64,000 nucleotides of DNA, taken from NCBI GenBank assembly GCA_963806225.1, contig CAWDXG010000004.1:3712001-3776000 (forward strand), in the 5' to 3' direction. The DNA is from an uncultured delta proteobacterium. GTDB taxonomy: Bacteria > Myxococcota_A > Polyangia > Polyangiales > Polyangiaceae. This document shows, piece after piece, positions 10,132 to 18,719 of the stretch. How positions within the stretch are numbered: the first letter of the stretch is position 1; each line of letters opens with the position of its first letter. Under the pieces are notes generated by a model. The model worked only from the letters and a program-made list of their open reading frames with translations. It ran no database searches and was not told the DNA's origin. A program made the translations under genes and the position numbers.

Positions 10132-11057
10132 CGGATGCATCGCAAAAATCCGCGCCGCTACTCTCGTGCGACGGCGCGCGCATCGACAGCGGCGGCGTTC
10201 CGCTGCTCCAGGGACTCTCCTGCGTCGGCGCCGGCAACGGGCTCGGTCTGGTCGGCGCCTGGACGCCGCTGTTCGCGCTCCTCGGACGCGAGGCGGAGCT
10301 CGGCGCCGGGCGCATCGAGGTGGACGGCGCCGATGCGCGGCGCGCCACCGCGCTCGGCGTCGTCGGCCTGGCCCGCCACGAGCCCGGGATGCCGCCGGGA
10401 TGGTCGGCCGCGCGCTACCTGACGGAAAGCGCGCGATTGCTCGGGCTGTCGATGCGGCAGAGCCGCCACGCCGCCCACGAGGCGCTCGACTCCCTGGGAC
10501 TCGCCGCGATCGGACCGCGCTCGCTCGCCCGCCTGGACCCCGTCGAGCGGCGCGCGCTCCTGATCGCGCACGCCACGCTCGGCGCCCCGCGCGTGCTGGC
10601 GCTGGAAGCGCCGCTCGACGGCCTGGACGCGGCGGCGCAGGCGCGACTGCTGCCGCTCGTCGATCGCGCCGCGGCGGGACGGCGGCTGCTCTGGTCGGTG
10701 GCGGCTCCGGCACCGGCCGGCGCCGCGCGCGGTCTGCTCGATCGCATGGACGAGGTGCTCGTGCTCGAAGCCGGCAGCCTGGTAGCAGAGGGGCCGCCCG
10801 GCCACGCGCTCGCCCCCGGAACGCGCTACCTGGTCACGGTCGCACGCGGTGCCAGCGAGCTCACGAGCCAGCTCGAAGCGCGGGGGCTCGGCGTGCGGGC
10901 CGCGGGCGAAGACGGACCGTCCACGGCCGCGCGTCTGATCGTCGAGCTCCGCGTGGAGTCGACGCCGAACGACGTGCTGTCTGCCGCGCTGGAGCTGTCG
11001 ATTCCGGTCCTCGAGCTGGTGCCGCTGGCGGCAGCACCAACCCGGGAGGCCTCGTGA
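10128..11057 (+). CDS. Degenerate ABC transporter ATP-binding-like protein
   Basis: ABC-ATPase layout (GRIEVDG, RALLIAHA...PRVLALEAPLDGLD, DEVLVLEAGSLVAEG) with Walker A and B degenerate. Coupled to both neighbours by overlapping start/stop codons. Confidence 0.7.
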   Translation: MTDASQKSAPLLSCDGARIDSGGVPLLQGLSCVGAGNGLGLVGAWTPLFALLGREAELGAGRIEVDGADARRATALGVVGLARHEPGMPPGWSAARYLTESARLLGLSMRQSRHAAHEALDSLGLAAIGPRSLARLDPVERRALLIAHATLGAPRVLALEAPLDGLDAAAQARLLPLVDRAAAGRRLLWSVAAPAPAGAARGLLDRMDEVLVLEAGSLVAEGPPGHALAPGTRYLVTVARGASELTSQLEARGLGVRAAGEDGPSTAARLIVELRVESTPNDVLSAALELSIPVLELVPLAAAPTREAS

Positions 11058-12145
11058 CCGAGCAACGCCGGGCACTGCCGCAGGCGCGCCGCATCGTCGT
11101 CAAGATCGGCTCGCGCGCACTCGCGGACGGCAGCGATCTCGCCGCACGCATCGCTGCGGAAGTCGCGGCTCTCTCGAACGCCAAGCGCTCCTTCGTGCTG
11201 GTCTCCAGCGGCTCGATCAGCATCGGCTGCGAGCGGCTCGGCTACAGGAACCGCCCGCGCGAAATGGCGCGGCTGCAGGCGGCAGCCGCCGCCGGGCAGA
11301 GCGTCTTGATGCACCGCTATGAGCAGGCGTTCGCCACCGAGGGCCTGACGGTGGCGCAGGTGCTGCTCACGCATGCGGATCTCGCCGACCGGCTGCGGGT
11401 GAACAACGCGCGCGACGCGCTAGCCGCGCTGCTCGACGCCGGCGCCGTGCCGATCGTCAACGAGAACGACACGGTCGCGACCGAGGAGATCCGCTTCGGC
11501 GACAACGACCAGCTCGCGGCCATGGTGGCGCCGCTCGTGGGCGCCGATCTGCTCGTGCTGCTTACCGACGTGGAAGGCGTGCTCGACAGCAAGGGACGCC
11601 GCATCAGCGTGATGAGCGACGACGCCGCCATCGGCCAGCTCGAGAATCGCCAGGGCGTCGGCAGCGGCGGCATGACCAGCAAGCTCGACGCCGCCAAGAA
11701 AGCGTCACACGCCGGCGCGTGGGTGGTCATCGCATCGGCCACGCGCGAGGGCGTGCTCGGCGACGTGCTCGCGGGCCACGACGTGGGCACGCTCTTCCCG
11801 CGCGTGGGGCGCGCGCTGCGCGCCCGCAAGCACTGGATCGCCTACACGCTCCGTCCGCGCGGCACCGTGCTGCTCGACGAGGGCGCCGTGGGCGCGGTGC
11901 GCGGCGGTCGCAGCAGCCTTCTGCCGATCGGCGTCCTCGGCGTGCGCGGCCAGTTCAACCCCGGCGACTCCGTGCGCCTCGTCGCCCCCGACGGCACCGA
12001 GGTCGGCCGCGGCCTGACGCGCCTCGGCGCCCTCGACGTGGCCCGCGCCGCCGGCCTCAAAGGCAAGGATCTGGACCTGCTCTTCGGAACGCAAGGGCAC
12101 GACCTCGTGGTGGTGCACAAGGACGATCTGGTGATCGTGGGGTGA
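11054..12145 (+). CDS. proB: Glutamate 5-kinase
   Basis: VVKIGS, VSSGS, AAAAAGQ, PIVNENDTV, FGDNDQL, GSGGMTSK and a C-terminal PUA domain (SLLPIGV). GTG start at 11054. Confidence 0.97.
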   Translation: MTEQRRALPQARRIVVKIGSRALADGSDLAARIAAEVAALSNAKRSFVLVSSGSISIGCERLGYRNRPREMARLQAAAAAGQSVLMHRYEQAFATEGLTVAQVLLTHADLADRLRVNNARDALAALLDAGAVPIVNENDTVATEEIRFGDNDQLAAMVAPLVGADLLVLLTDVEGVLDSKGRRISVMSDDAAIGQLENRQGVGSGGMTSKLDAAKKASHAGAWVVIASATREGVLGDVLAGHDVGTLFPRVGRALRARKHWIAYTLRPRGTVLLDEGAVGAVRGGRSSLLPIGVLGVRGQFNPGDSVRLVAPDGTEVGRGLTRLGALDVARAAGLKGKDLDLLFGTQGHDLVVVHKDDLVIVG

Positions 12146-12353
12146 GTCGCGCGTTGGGGGGTCCTGGCAGCCGCGTCGCGTCACAGGTCGGGTGCATCAC
12201 GGACTCCCATCGCGGCCCTCGCACCCGGGCCGCGACCCCAGCATGGGTGCGACCTGCACCCACATCGTCCCCCTGATTCCCACGCGGTGTCGCTGCTACC
12301 ATGGCGGGACGCATGGCGATTCGTACCCAATACGTCCTACGGCAGATGGGTCG

Positions 12354-12380
12354 GAACTTTTCAGATCGCGTGTTGTCTGC
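12354..12380 (+). promoter_or_regulatory. Putative ECF (sigmaE-type) promoter
   Basis: GAACTT-N16-TCTGC ending 25 nt before the ATG at 12405; close to the GAACTT-N16-TCTRA consensus. Confidence 0.5.
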
Positions 12381-12404
12381 GTAGGTTTTGGGAGTCGATC
12401 GGGC

Positions 12405-12920
12405 ATGCAGGACTGGCGGTGGGTGAGTGCAGGGGTCGCGCTGCTTGCGCTGTGCTGGCTTGGCGCATCCGCTCGCACGCCCGCCATCCTGATCGTCGCC
12501 GATGGCGCCGGCGCAAAGCTCGCTCCACTGGAAGCCCGCGTGGCGTTCCATCCTGGCGATGCGCACGCCCTCGCCCGCCTGGCCGACGCCTACCTCGAAC
12601 GTTCCGCGCCGGGGCTGGCCAAGGCGGCTCTCGATCGCGCGCCGGCCCGGGTGCGCGATGTGCCGCACGTCACCGATGCGCGGGCCCGCGCGCTGTCGTC
12701 GCTCGGAAAGCCGCGGCTGGCGCTGGAGCTCGAGCGCTCCGTGCTCGCGCGCTGCAGCGAGACGCGCTGCTCGCCTACGCTGGTGGGCCACGCCGCGCAG
12801 CGCGCGGAGTGGCTGGAGGAGCTCGTCCGCATGGGCGTGCAGGATCCGGTGCGCCAGCCCCGCCTCGCCATGCTCGCCTATCGCCGCTCGGTTCGGGAGG
12901 TCGCTCTCGATGTGCGGTGA
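12405..12920 (+). CDS. Hypothetical exported TPR-like protein
   Basis: Signal-like N-terminus (MQDWRWVSAGVALLALCWLGASA) and a TPR-like segment HPGDAHALARLADAYL. Confidence 0.7.
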   Translation: MQDWRWVSAGVALLALCWLGASARTPAILIVADGAGAKLAPLEARVAFHPGDAHALARLADAYLERSAPGLAKAALDRAPARVRDVPHVTDARARALSSLGKPRLALELERSVLARCSETRCSPTLVGHAAQRAEWLEELVRMGVQDPVRQPRLAMLAYRRSVREVALDVR

Positions 12921-12965
12921 GCCCACACAAGCCCCCCCGCGCTTGGCTTCCACGGGAAAGCCCTG

Positions 12966-13817
12966 GTGAGCCTGCAGCGCGCTGCCTCCCTGGTGCTGCT
13001 GCTCGCCGCCGCGACGGCGAGCGGGGCCTGTGCCCAGCTCTCGCGGCTGCGGAGCCGACACGCACCCCAGCCCACGCCGGCCGCGTCGCCGGATGACGAC
13101 AGCCGCGCACCGCCTCCGGTGATGCCGCTGGCGCTGGCGCGCGACGACGACTACGTGGTCCGCATCGTGGCCGGGACGGTGACGTGCTCCGGTACGCTGG
13201 TCGACGAGGATCGCGTGCTGACCGCCCACCATTGCGTCAGCGCCCGCAACAAGTTCGGCGACGTGCTGGACACGGACGCAAAGCCGTCCTCGGTGCGGGT
13301 CGAGCTGGGCGGCGACTACCTGCCGTGGGGCGAGGTCGGCGTGAAGGCGATCGTGGCGCCACCCTGCGGCTACAAGGGCGGGACGGGCGACATCGCGGTG
13401 CTGGTGCTGCAGCGCCGCTTGATCGGCGTTGCCACACTGCCGCCGCGCCTGGACGCGCCACCGCACCTGGGAGAAGGGCTGGAGCCGGTCGGCTTCGGCC
13501 GCTGCGCGCTGTCGAACGACGGCATCCGCCGCAAGGATCGCATCGGCGGTCACATCGACCACATCGGTCGCAGCACGTTCCAGTTCGAAGCCTCCATCTG
13601 TCCGGGGGATTCCGGAGGCCCAGCGCTGAATCGCAGTCAGGGACAGGTCGTCGGGGTGATCTCGGAGAGCGTCATGGACGGGGACGCCCACACGGTCGGG
13701 CGCTCCGAGTTCACACGAGTGGACGAGTGGAGGCCGGTGTTCGCCAACGCCAAGCTGATCTCCGAAGGGTCGAGCGCCGCCGAGCTGCCGCCCATCGCGG
13801 GTTGCCCCAGCAAATAG
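12966..13817 (+). CDS. Trypsin-like (S1) serine protease, probable lipoprotein
   Basis: CSGTLV, LTAHHC, DIAVL and GDSGGP triad motifs; ASGAC lipobox-like sequence. Confidence 0.9.
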   Translation: MSLQRAASLVLLLAAATASGACAQLSRLRSRHAPQPTPAASPDDDSRAPPPVMPLALARDDDYVVRIVAGTVTCSGTLVDEDRVLTAHHCVSARNKFGDVLDTDAKPSSVRVELGGDYLPWGEVGVKAIVAPPCGYKGGTGDIAVLVLQRRLIGVATLPPRLDAPPHLGEGLEPVGFGRCALSNDGIRRKDRIGGHIDHIGRSTFQFEASICPGDSGGPALNRSQGQVVGVISESVMDGDAHTVGRSEFTRVDEWRPVFANAKLISEGSSAAELPPIAGCPSK

Positions 13818-13858
13818 GCCGGGGGCCCCGCACGGCGCGCGGGTTGCGTGCGGCCGCC

Positions 13859-13878
13859 GTGGAGCGGCTGCCAGGACC
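13859..13878 (-). repeat. Dispersed 20-bp intergenic motif GGTCCTGGCAGCCGCTCCAC
   Basis: Exact reverse complement of 30974-30993. There is a 15-bp copy at 12160-12174 and a partial copy at 32601-32612. Confidence 0.8.
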
Positions 13879-13928
13879 CCGGGGAAAATGCCCCCGCGCC
13901 CGGGATCGGCTACGCTGCACCAGCTCCG

Positions 13929-14579
13929 ATGAGAAAGTTCATGCGCTTCTTGCTCTGGAGCGCCGTGGTGATCGGCGTGATGATCGGCGTCGCGCGCGCG
14001 TTCTTCATCCGCTGGTGGCGGGTGCCGCTCAACGACCCCTACCTGGAAGCGTCCATCGAGCCGTCGCTCGAGGGCGGCGATCTGATCCTTCTCTGGCGGT
14101 TCACCAAACCGGGCTTCGGCGACCTGGTCATGTGCCCGGAGCCCGGCGCCTCGGGCCGCATCGTGATCGGGCGCATCATGGCGGAGGCCGGCGACACCGT
14201 CACCGTGGACGGCGATCAGGTGTCGCTCAACGGCAAGACGGTCGAGACCGAACGGGCCTGCGACGATCGGGTGTTCAAGGCGGTCGACCCCTCCTCGACG
14301 CACCACCAGGTGGTCGAGCAGCACTGCCAGATCGAGACTCTGGCCGGCCAGAGCCACATGCGTGGCTCGACCAGCGGTCACAAGGTTCCGCCCAGGAAGA
14401 CCGAGCACGAAGTCGCTCCAGGAAAGGTCTTCCTGGTCAGCGATAACCGGCTTTTCCCTTATGATTCCAGGGACTTTGGCACGGTGCCCCGCGACAGCTG
14501 CAAGGAGATGGTGTTCTTCCGGCTGGTGGGGCGGAAGGGGTTCTTCGATGCCAAGCACCGCTTCATGTTCGTCCAATGA
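13929..14579 (+). CDS. Signal peptidase I (S26) family protein, catalytic Lys replaced
   Basis: N-terminal TM, then SIEPSL..GD (box B), VIGRIMAEAGD (box D) and SDNR..YDSRDFG (box E). Confidence 0.85.
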   Translation: MRKFMRFLLWSAVVIGVMIGVARAFFIRWWRVPLNDPYLEASIEPSLEGGDLILLWRFTKPGFGDLVMCPEPGASGRIVIGRIMAEAGDTVTVDGDQVSLNGKTVETERACDDRVFKAVDPSSTHHQVVEQHCQIETLAGQSHMRGSTSGHKVPPRKTEHEVAPGKVFLVSDNRLFPYDSRDFGTVPRDSCKEMVFFRLVGRKGFFDAKHRFMFVQ

Positions 14580-14634
14580 GCGAGCCGCCGGCCTTGACCA
14601 CCGGAGCTTCCGGCTCGTAGCTTCGACCGGCTAG

Positions 14635-15687
14635 ATGGCGGAGCCTGCCTTCGAGATCGGCATCGTTTGCGGCCACTGCGACACCTACAGCCCCATGGGG
14701 GCGTCGCGATGCCCGGCCTGCGACCGCGATCTGCAGCTTTTCCCAGAGGACCATAGGGCCCCGGGCGAGGAGCGGGCGAGCCCGGCCGCGGCGACCGCCG
14801 AGGAACAGCATTCCAATCCGGAGCAAATTGATCGAAGGTCCGGGGACACCGGAGAACATGCCCATCCGGGCCCCTCGCTGGAGGGGCTTTCGGAGGAGGA
14901 GCTGATGGACCAAGCCAAGTACTACGTTTGCAACTCGTGCATGACCCCGGTCCCGAGCGGCCACAAGTTCTGCGGTCGCTGCGGCGCGCCGGTTCCGGAG
15001 CAGATCCTGAACCTGCAGGTCGACTTCTTCAGCGACATGCAGAACCCGGACAAGGCGCGCCTGATCCTGATCCGGGGCGAAGGCATGGACGGCCTCAGCT
15101 ACCACCTCAAGGCGGATCAGCATCTGGTCGGGCGCACCGGGCAACTCGAGTTCCCCGACGATGCGTTCGTGTCGCCGAAGCACGCGAACTTCTTCTATCG
15201 CGACGGCAAGCTCATCGTCCGCGACGAGGGCTCGCTGAACGGCGTCTACATCCGCGTGCGTGGCGGCGTCGAGATCGCCCCGGGCGACACGTTCCTGGCG
15301 GGCGAGCAGCTGTTCCGGCTCGACCCCACGCCGAAGGCCTCCGATGGCGCCGACCCGGACGGCACGTTCTTCTACTCGTCGCCGAAGTATCCGAGCGCGT
15401 TCCGGCTGAACCAGATCCTCGAAGGCGGCGCGCTCGGCATGACCGTGTGTGCGCGCGGCAACACGCTGCAGATCGGCCGCGAGGACGGCGACCTGAACTT
15501 CCCCGGCGACATGTACATGTCGGCCAAGCACTGCACCGTCGAGGAAAAGGACGGCAAGTTCGTCCTGACGGACTACGACAGCCGCAACGGCACGTACATC
15601 CGCATCAAGACCGAACAGCAGCTCACCCACGGCGACTACGTGTTCATCGGAAAGAAGCTGCTGCGCGTCGAGACGAACGTGAACTGA
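14635..15687 (+). CDS. Zinc-ribbon plus tandem FHA domain protein
   Basis: CxxC pairs (CGHC/CPAC, CNSC/CGRC) and two FHA motif sets (VGR..SPKH..SLNGVY; IGR..SAKH..SRNGTY). Confidence 0.92.
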   Translation: MAEPAFEIGIVCGHCDTYSPMGASRCPACDRDLQLFPEDHRAPGEERASPAAATAEEQHSNPEQIDRRSGDTGEHAHPGPSLEGLSEEELMDQAKYYVCNSCMTPVPSGHKFCGRCGAPVPEQILNLQVDFFSDMQNPDKARLILIRGEGMDGLSYHLKADQHLVGRTGQLEFPDDAFVSPKHANFFYRDGKLIVRDEGSLNGVYIRVRGGVEIAPGDTFLAGEQLFRLDPTPKASDGADPDGTFFYSSPKYPSAFRLNQILEGGALGMTVCARGNTLQIGREDGDLNFPGDMYMSAKHCTVEEKDGKFVLTDYDSRNGTYIRIKTEQQLTHGDYVFIGKKLLRVETNVN

Positions 15688-15836
15688 CGGCCCGGCGCGT
15701 CGAACGGCGCGCATCCGGGCTGTTTCATGGCCTTTCGCGAAGCCTCGCTTCCCGCGCCGCCGGATTTTCAAGGCGGCGTGATACCCTGGGCCGGCTGGGA
15801 GCTCCCGCCGTCGGGCGGGAGAGGAGGAGAAAGACT

Positions 15837-16355
15837 GTGAAGGGTGCATTGAAGGTCGTCGGCGCGATCCTGATCGCGCTTAGCTTGATCCCCGGCGCTA
15901 TCTCGCTGTGGCAGGCGTACGGGGCGTACACGTTCTCGACCAGTTCGCTCAACTCCGGGCGGTACGGCTCATTCGGTCGCCAGCTCGCAGAGCACGCGGC
16001 GGAGGTGCGCATGACGCGCGCGGTGATCTTCGGCGGCATCTCGTTCGTGTTCGGCGTCGGCGGCGTGATCTCGCTGGTGATCGGCCTGAAGAAGCCCAAG
16101 GGCGGTGCGGCGGGCCAGCCGCAGCAGGGCTACGCGCAACAACAGCCGCAGCAGGGCCAGCCGCAGCAGGGCTACGCGCAACAACAGCCGCAGCAGGGCC
16201 AGCCGCAGCAGGGCTACGCGCAACAACAGCCGCAGCAGGGCCAGCCGCAGCAGGGCTACGCGCAACAACCACCGCAGCAGGGCTATCCACCGCCGGGCGG
16301 CTATCCCCCCCAGGGCGGCGGAAACCCGGGCGGCCCCGGCGCGCCGCCAGCGTAG
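15837..16355 (+). CDS. Two-TM membrane protein with Gln/Pro/Gly/Tyr repeat tail
   Basis: AGGAGG RBS before GTG 15837, two hydrophobic helices and a repetitive C-terminus. Confidence 0.8.
   Translation: MKGALKVVGAILIALSLIPGAISLWQAYGAYTFSTSSLNSGRYGSFGRQLAEHAAEVRMTRAVIFGGISFVFGVGGVISLVIGLKKPKGGAAGQPQQGYAQQQPQQGQPQQGYAQQQPQQGQPQQGYAQQQPQQGQPQQGYAQQPPQQGYPPPGGYPPQGGGNPGGPGAPPA
16113..16283 (+). repeat. Coding tandem repeat, 42 bp x ~4 (GQPQQGYAQQQPQQ)
   Basis: Three identical units and one variant unit are visible in the sequence. Confidence 0.9.
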
Positions 16356-16373
16356 CGGCAAGCTCGACCCCGG

Positions 16374-17018
16374 CTAGCGCCCGCGCTTGCCGGCGCTCGA
16401 CCAGCGATGGCCGATGTCCACCGCAGCGCGCACGAGCGCCGCGACGGTCGACAGCACCTCGGGCGGGATGCGCCCGATGAGTCGCTCGAGATCGATGGGC
16501 CCTTCGAGATCGGGCAACAGGCGGTCGAACACATCGCCGAACAGCGCATACTTGCGGCCGAGGTCGTCGAGGCGGCCGCGCAGCGCTGCCGCCTCGGGTC
16601 CGTCGGCATCCCCGAGCAGCGTGAGCGCGCGCTGGACGAGGGCGCGTTTGTCGGCGGTAACCCGGCGCACACGCGTGATGTAGGCCCCGACGATCACGTC
16701 CGGATAGGCGCCCTGGAGCGTGAACAGGTCGTGGCGCGATCCGGGCTCGCGGCTGCGCTCGACGATGCGGGCCTCCTCGAGCGCGCGCAGGTTGCCGAAG
16801 ATGTTGCTCTTGGAGCGGCCGAGCTCTGCCGAGAGCTGATCCATCGAGCGCGGCTCGTCCGCCAGGTAGAGCGCGGCGACGATCTGCCCGCCGAGGCGCG
16901 TGATGCCAGGAAACGACGCCGCCACTTCCTTGCCGACGCCTTCGAGCAACGCGTGACGTGCGGCCGCGACCGGCTCGTCGGGACGCGCGTCGGCGGAGGA
17001 GCGTCGCGGCCCGGTCAC
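16374..17018 (-). CDS. GbsR/MarR-family winged-helix transcriptional regulator
   Basis: GQIVAALYLADEPRSMDQLSAELGRSKSNIFGNLRALEEARIVER; GTG 17018 lies just after the pcnB stop. Confidence 0.85.
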   Translation of the reverse strand: MTGPRRSSADARPDEPVAAARHALLEGVGKEVAASFPGITRLGGQIVAALYLADEPRSMDQLSAELGRSKSNIFGNLRALEEARIVERSREPGSRHDLFTLQGAYPDVIVGAYITRVRRVTADKRALVQRALTLLGDADGPEAAALRGRLDDLGRKYALFGDVFDRLLPDLEGPIDLERLIGRIPPEVLSTVAALVRAAVDIGHRWSSAGKRGR

Positions 17019-17020
17019 GG

Positions 17021-18445
17021 CTACGACTCCGGACGGCGCGGTCGGCGGCGCCGGCGGCGGCGAGCGGGGCGCTCGGTCGCACCCTCCACACCCTCGGGCG
17101 CAGGTTCTAGCAGCGAAACCTTGCCGCGCGCGGCCTGGCTCAACTCGATCACCTCGTGCGCAAAGGGATATAGCGGCGTCTTCGAGAAGCGCCCCGGGCG
17201 CCCGGCTTCCAGACGCGGAAGCACTGCTACGATCCGTCGCACGGCATCGGCGATGCGGCGCGGCACGTTGAGCCGGTCGACTGCCACCTCCATGAAGTCG
17301 TGCGCGGCATCCAGACGATCGCGCACGCCGCTGCAGGCCTCCCGCATGGGCTCGAGCAGCAGGATCGTGAAGAGCACGACGTCGTCGAGTGGAGCGCCGC
17401 GCTCGGCGGTGCGGCGATCGACCTGGCTCAAGAGACGCCACATCAGACCGTGGCTCTCTTCCACGTCGGACAGGTAGGCCGCGAGCTCGGGCAACAGTAC
17501 GTCGAGCACGCCCGTTTCCCAGGCAAGCCAGATCGATCGATGCGCGGCGCCGCCGCGCATGAGCCTGAGGAGCTCCTCGAACAGACGAGGGCGCGCCGCC
17601 ATCGCCAGCGCGCCCCGGCAATGCACGATGGCGTCGTACACATCGGGGGTAATGCCGAAATCGAGCCGCGCGCTGAACTTGATCGCGCGCAGGATGCGCA
17701 CGGGATCCTCGAGGAACCGCACGACGGGGTCGCCGATGGTGTGCACGGCGCGCCGCTCGATGTGGGGCATCCCGCCCACCCAGTCGAGCACCTGGCGTCG
17801 CTCGAGATCGTAGAACAGACCGTTGATCGTGAAGTCCCGCCGCGCTGCGTCCTCGTGCGCGTCACCGAACACGTTGTCGTTGCGGATCAGCAGGTCCTCG
17901 CCGTTCTTGTCTTCATCCTGCTGGGGGCTGCGGCGGAAGGTGGCCGTCTCGATCACCTTGCCGCCCCCGAACAGCACGTGCACCAGACGGAAGCGGCGGC
18001 CGATGATGCGCGAGTTGCGGAACAGGCGCCGCACGTCGTCCGGGCGGGCGCTGGTGGCGACGTTGAAGTCCTTCGGAGAACGATGGACGAGCAGATCCCG
18101 GACGCAGCCGCCCACGAGGTAGGCTTCGTAGCCGTGCCGGGTGAGGCGCCGGACAACCTTGGCGGCATCGTCGTCGACGCGCTCCTCGTCCAGCTCCACG
18201 GGATACACGACCGGCTGCTCCTGCCACTCGGGCCGGCGCGAGCTCCGCGGCGGTTCGCCGTCGCGGGCCTCGCTGCGCGCTCTCTCGCTGCGCGGCCTTT
18301 CGCTGCGCGACCGCTCGCTGCGCGACTCCCCGCTGCGTTGCGCGTCGGCGGCCTCGCTGCGGGCACGCCGGGCCCTGCGGCGCTCCGCGCGGCGCTCCTC
18401 CGCTTTGAGCGAGGTATTGTCAGCAGGCGTGACGCGGCGCGTCAT
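17021..18445 (-). CDS. pcnB: Poly(A) polymerase I
   Basis: YLVGGCVRDLL..PKDFNVAT, the PAP signature IIGRRFRLVHV, RRDFTINGL and EDPVRILRA. ATG 18445 has a GAGGA RBS; the frame is open to 18619. Confidence 0.92.
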   Translation of the reverse strand: MTRRVTPADNTSLKAEERRAERRRARRARSEAADAQRSGESRSERSRSERPRSERARSEARDGEPPRSSRRPEWQEQPVVYPVELDEERVDDDAAKVVRRLTRHGYEAYLVGGCVRDLLVHRSPKDFNVATSARPDDVRRLFRNSRIIGRRFRLVHVLFGGGKVIETATFRRSPQQDEDKNGEDLLIRNDNVFGDAHEDAARRDFTINGLFYDLERRQVLDWVGGMPHIERRAVHTIGDPVVRFLEDPVRILRAIKFSARLDFGITPDVYDAIVHCRGALAMAARPRLFEELLRLMRGGAAHRSIWLAWETGVLDVLLPELAAYLSDVEESHGLMWRLLSQVDRRTAERGAPLDDVVLFTILLLEPMREACSGVRDRLDAAHDFMEVAVDRLNVPRRIADAVRRIVAVLPRLEAGRPGRFSKTPLYPFAHEVIELSQAARGKVSLLEPAPEGVEGATERPARRRRRRRPRRPES

Positions 18446-18719
18446 GTGTTCCTCGTTGGTCCCCTCCGCGGAGGCCTTCCGGCGGCTGGGCCGGGCTTTC
18501 GTGGTCCGCCTTGCGGTTCGCTCTTCCGGGCGCTCTCGCCTGCTGGAAGGCTCTTTCTGATCTGCGCTAGGGGGCGTCGTCGTACGTCCCATCTGGCCTC
18601 GGGCGTCTGCGGAGCTCACGTGCGGAGCTCACGCCATGCCGCCGCAGGAAATCTCTGTCGAGGCGTTTAGCAGGCTCCCGGTCCGGAAACCAGCCCGCAC
18701 CCCCAGGTGCGCGGACTCG

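Noticed and set aside
18608..18633. 13-bp tandem direct repeat TGCGGAGCTCACG x2 upstream of pcnB
   Set aside because: Only two copies and no other occurrence was noticed, so it cannot be distinguished from a local duplication.
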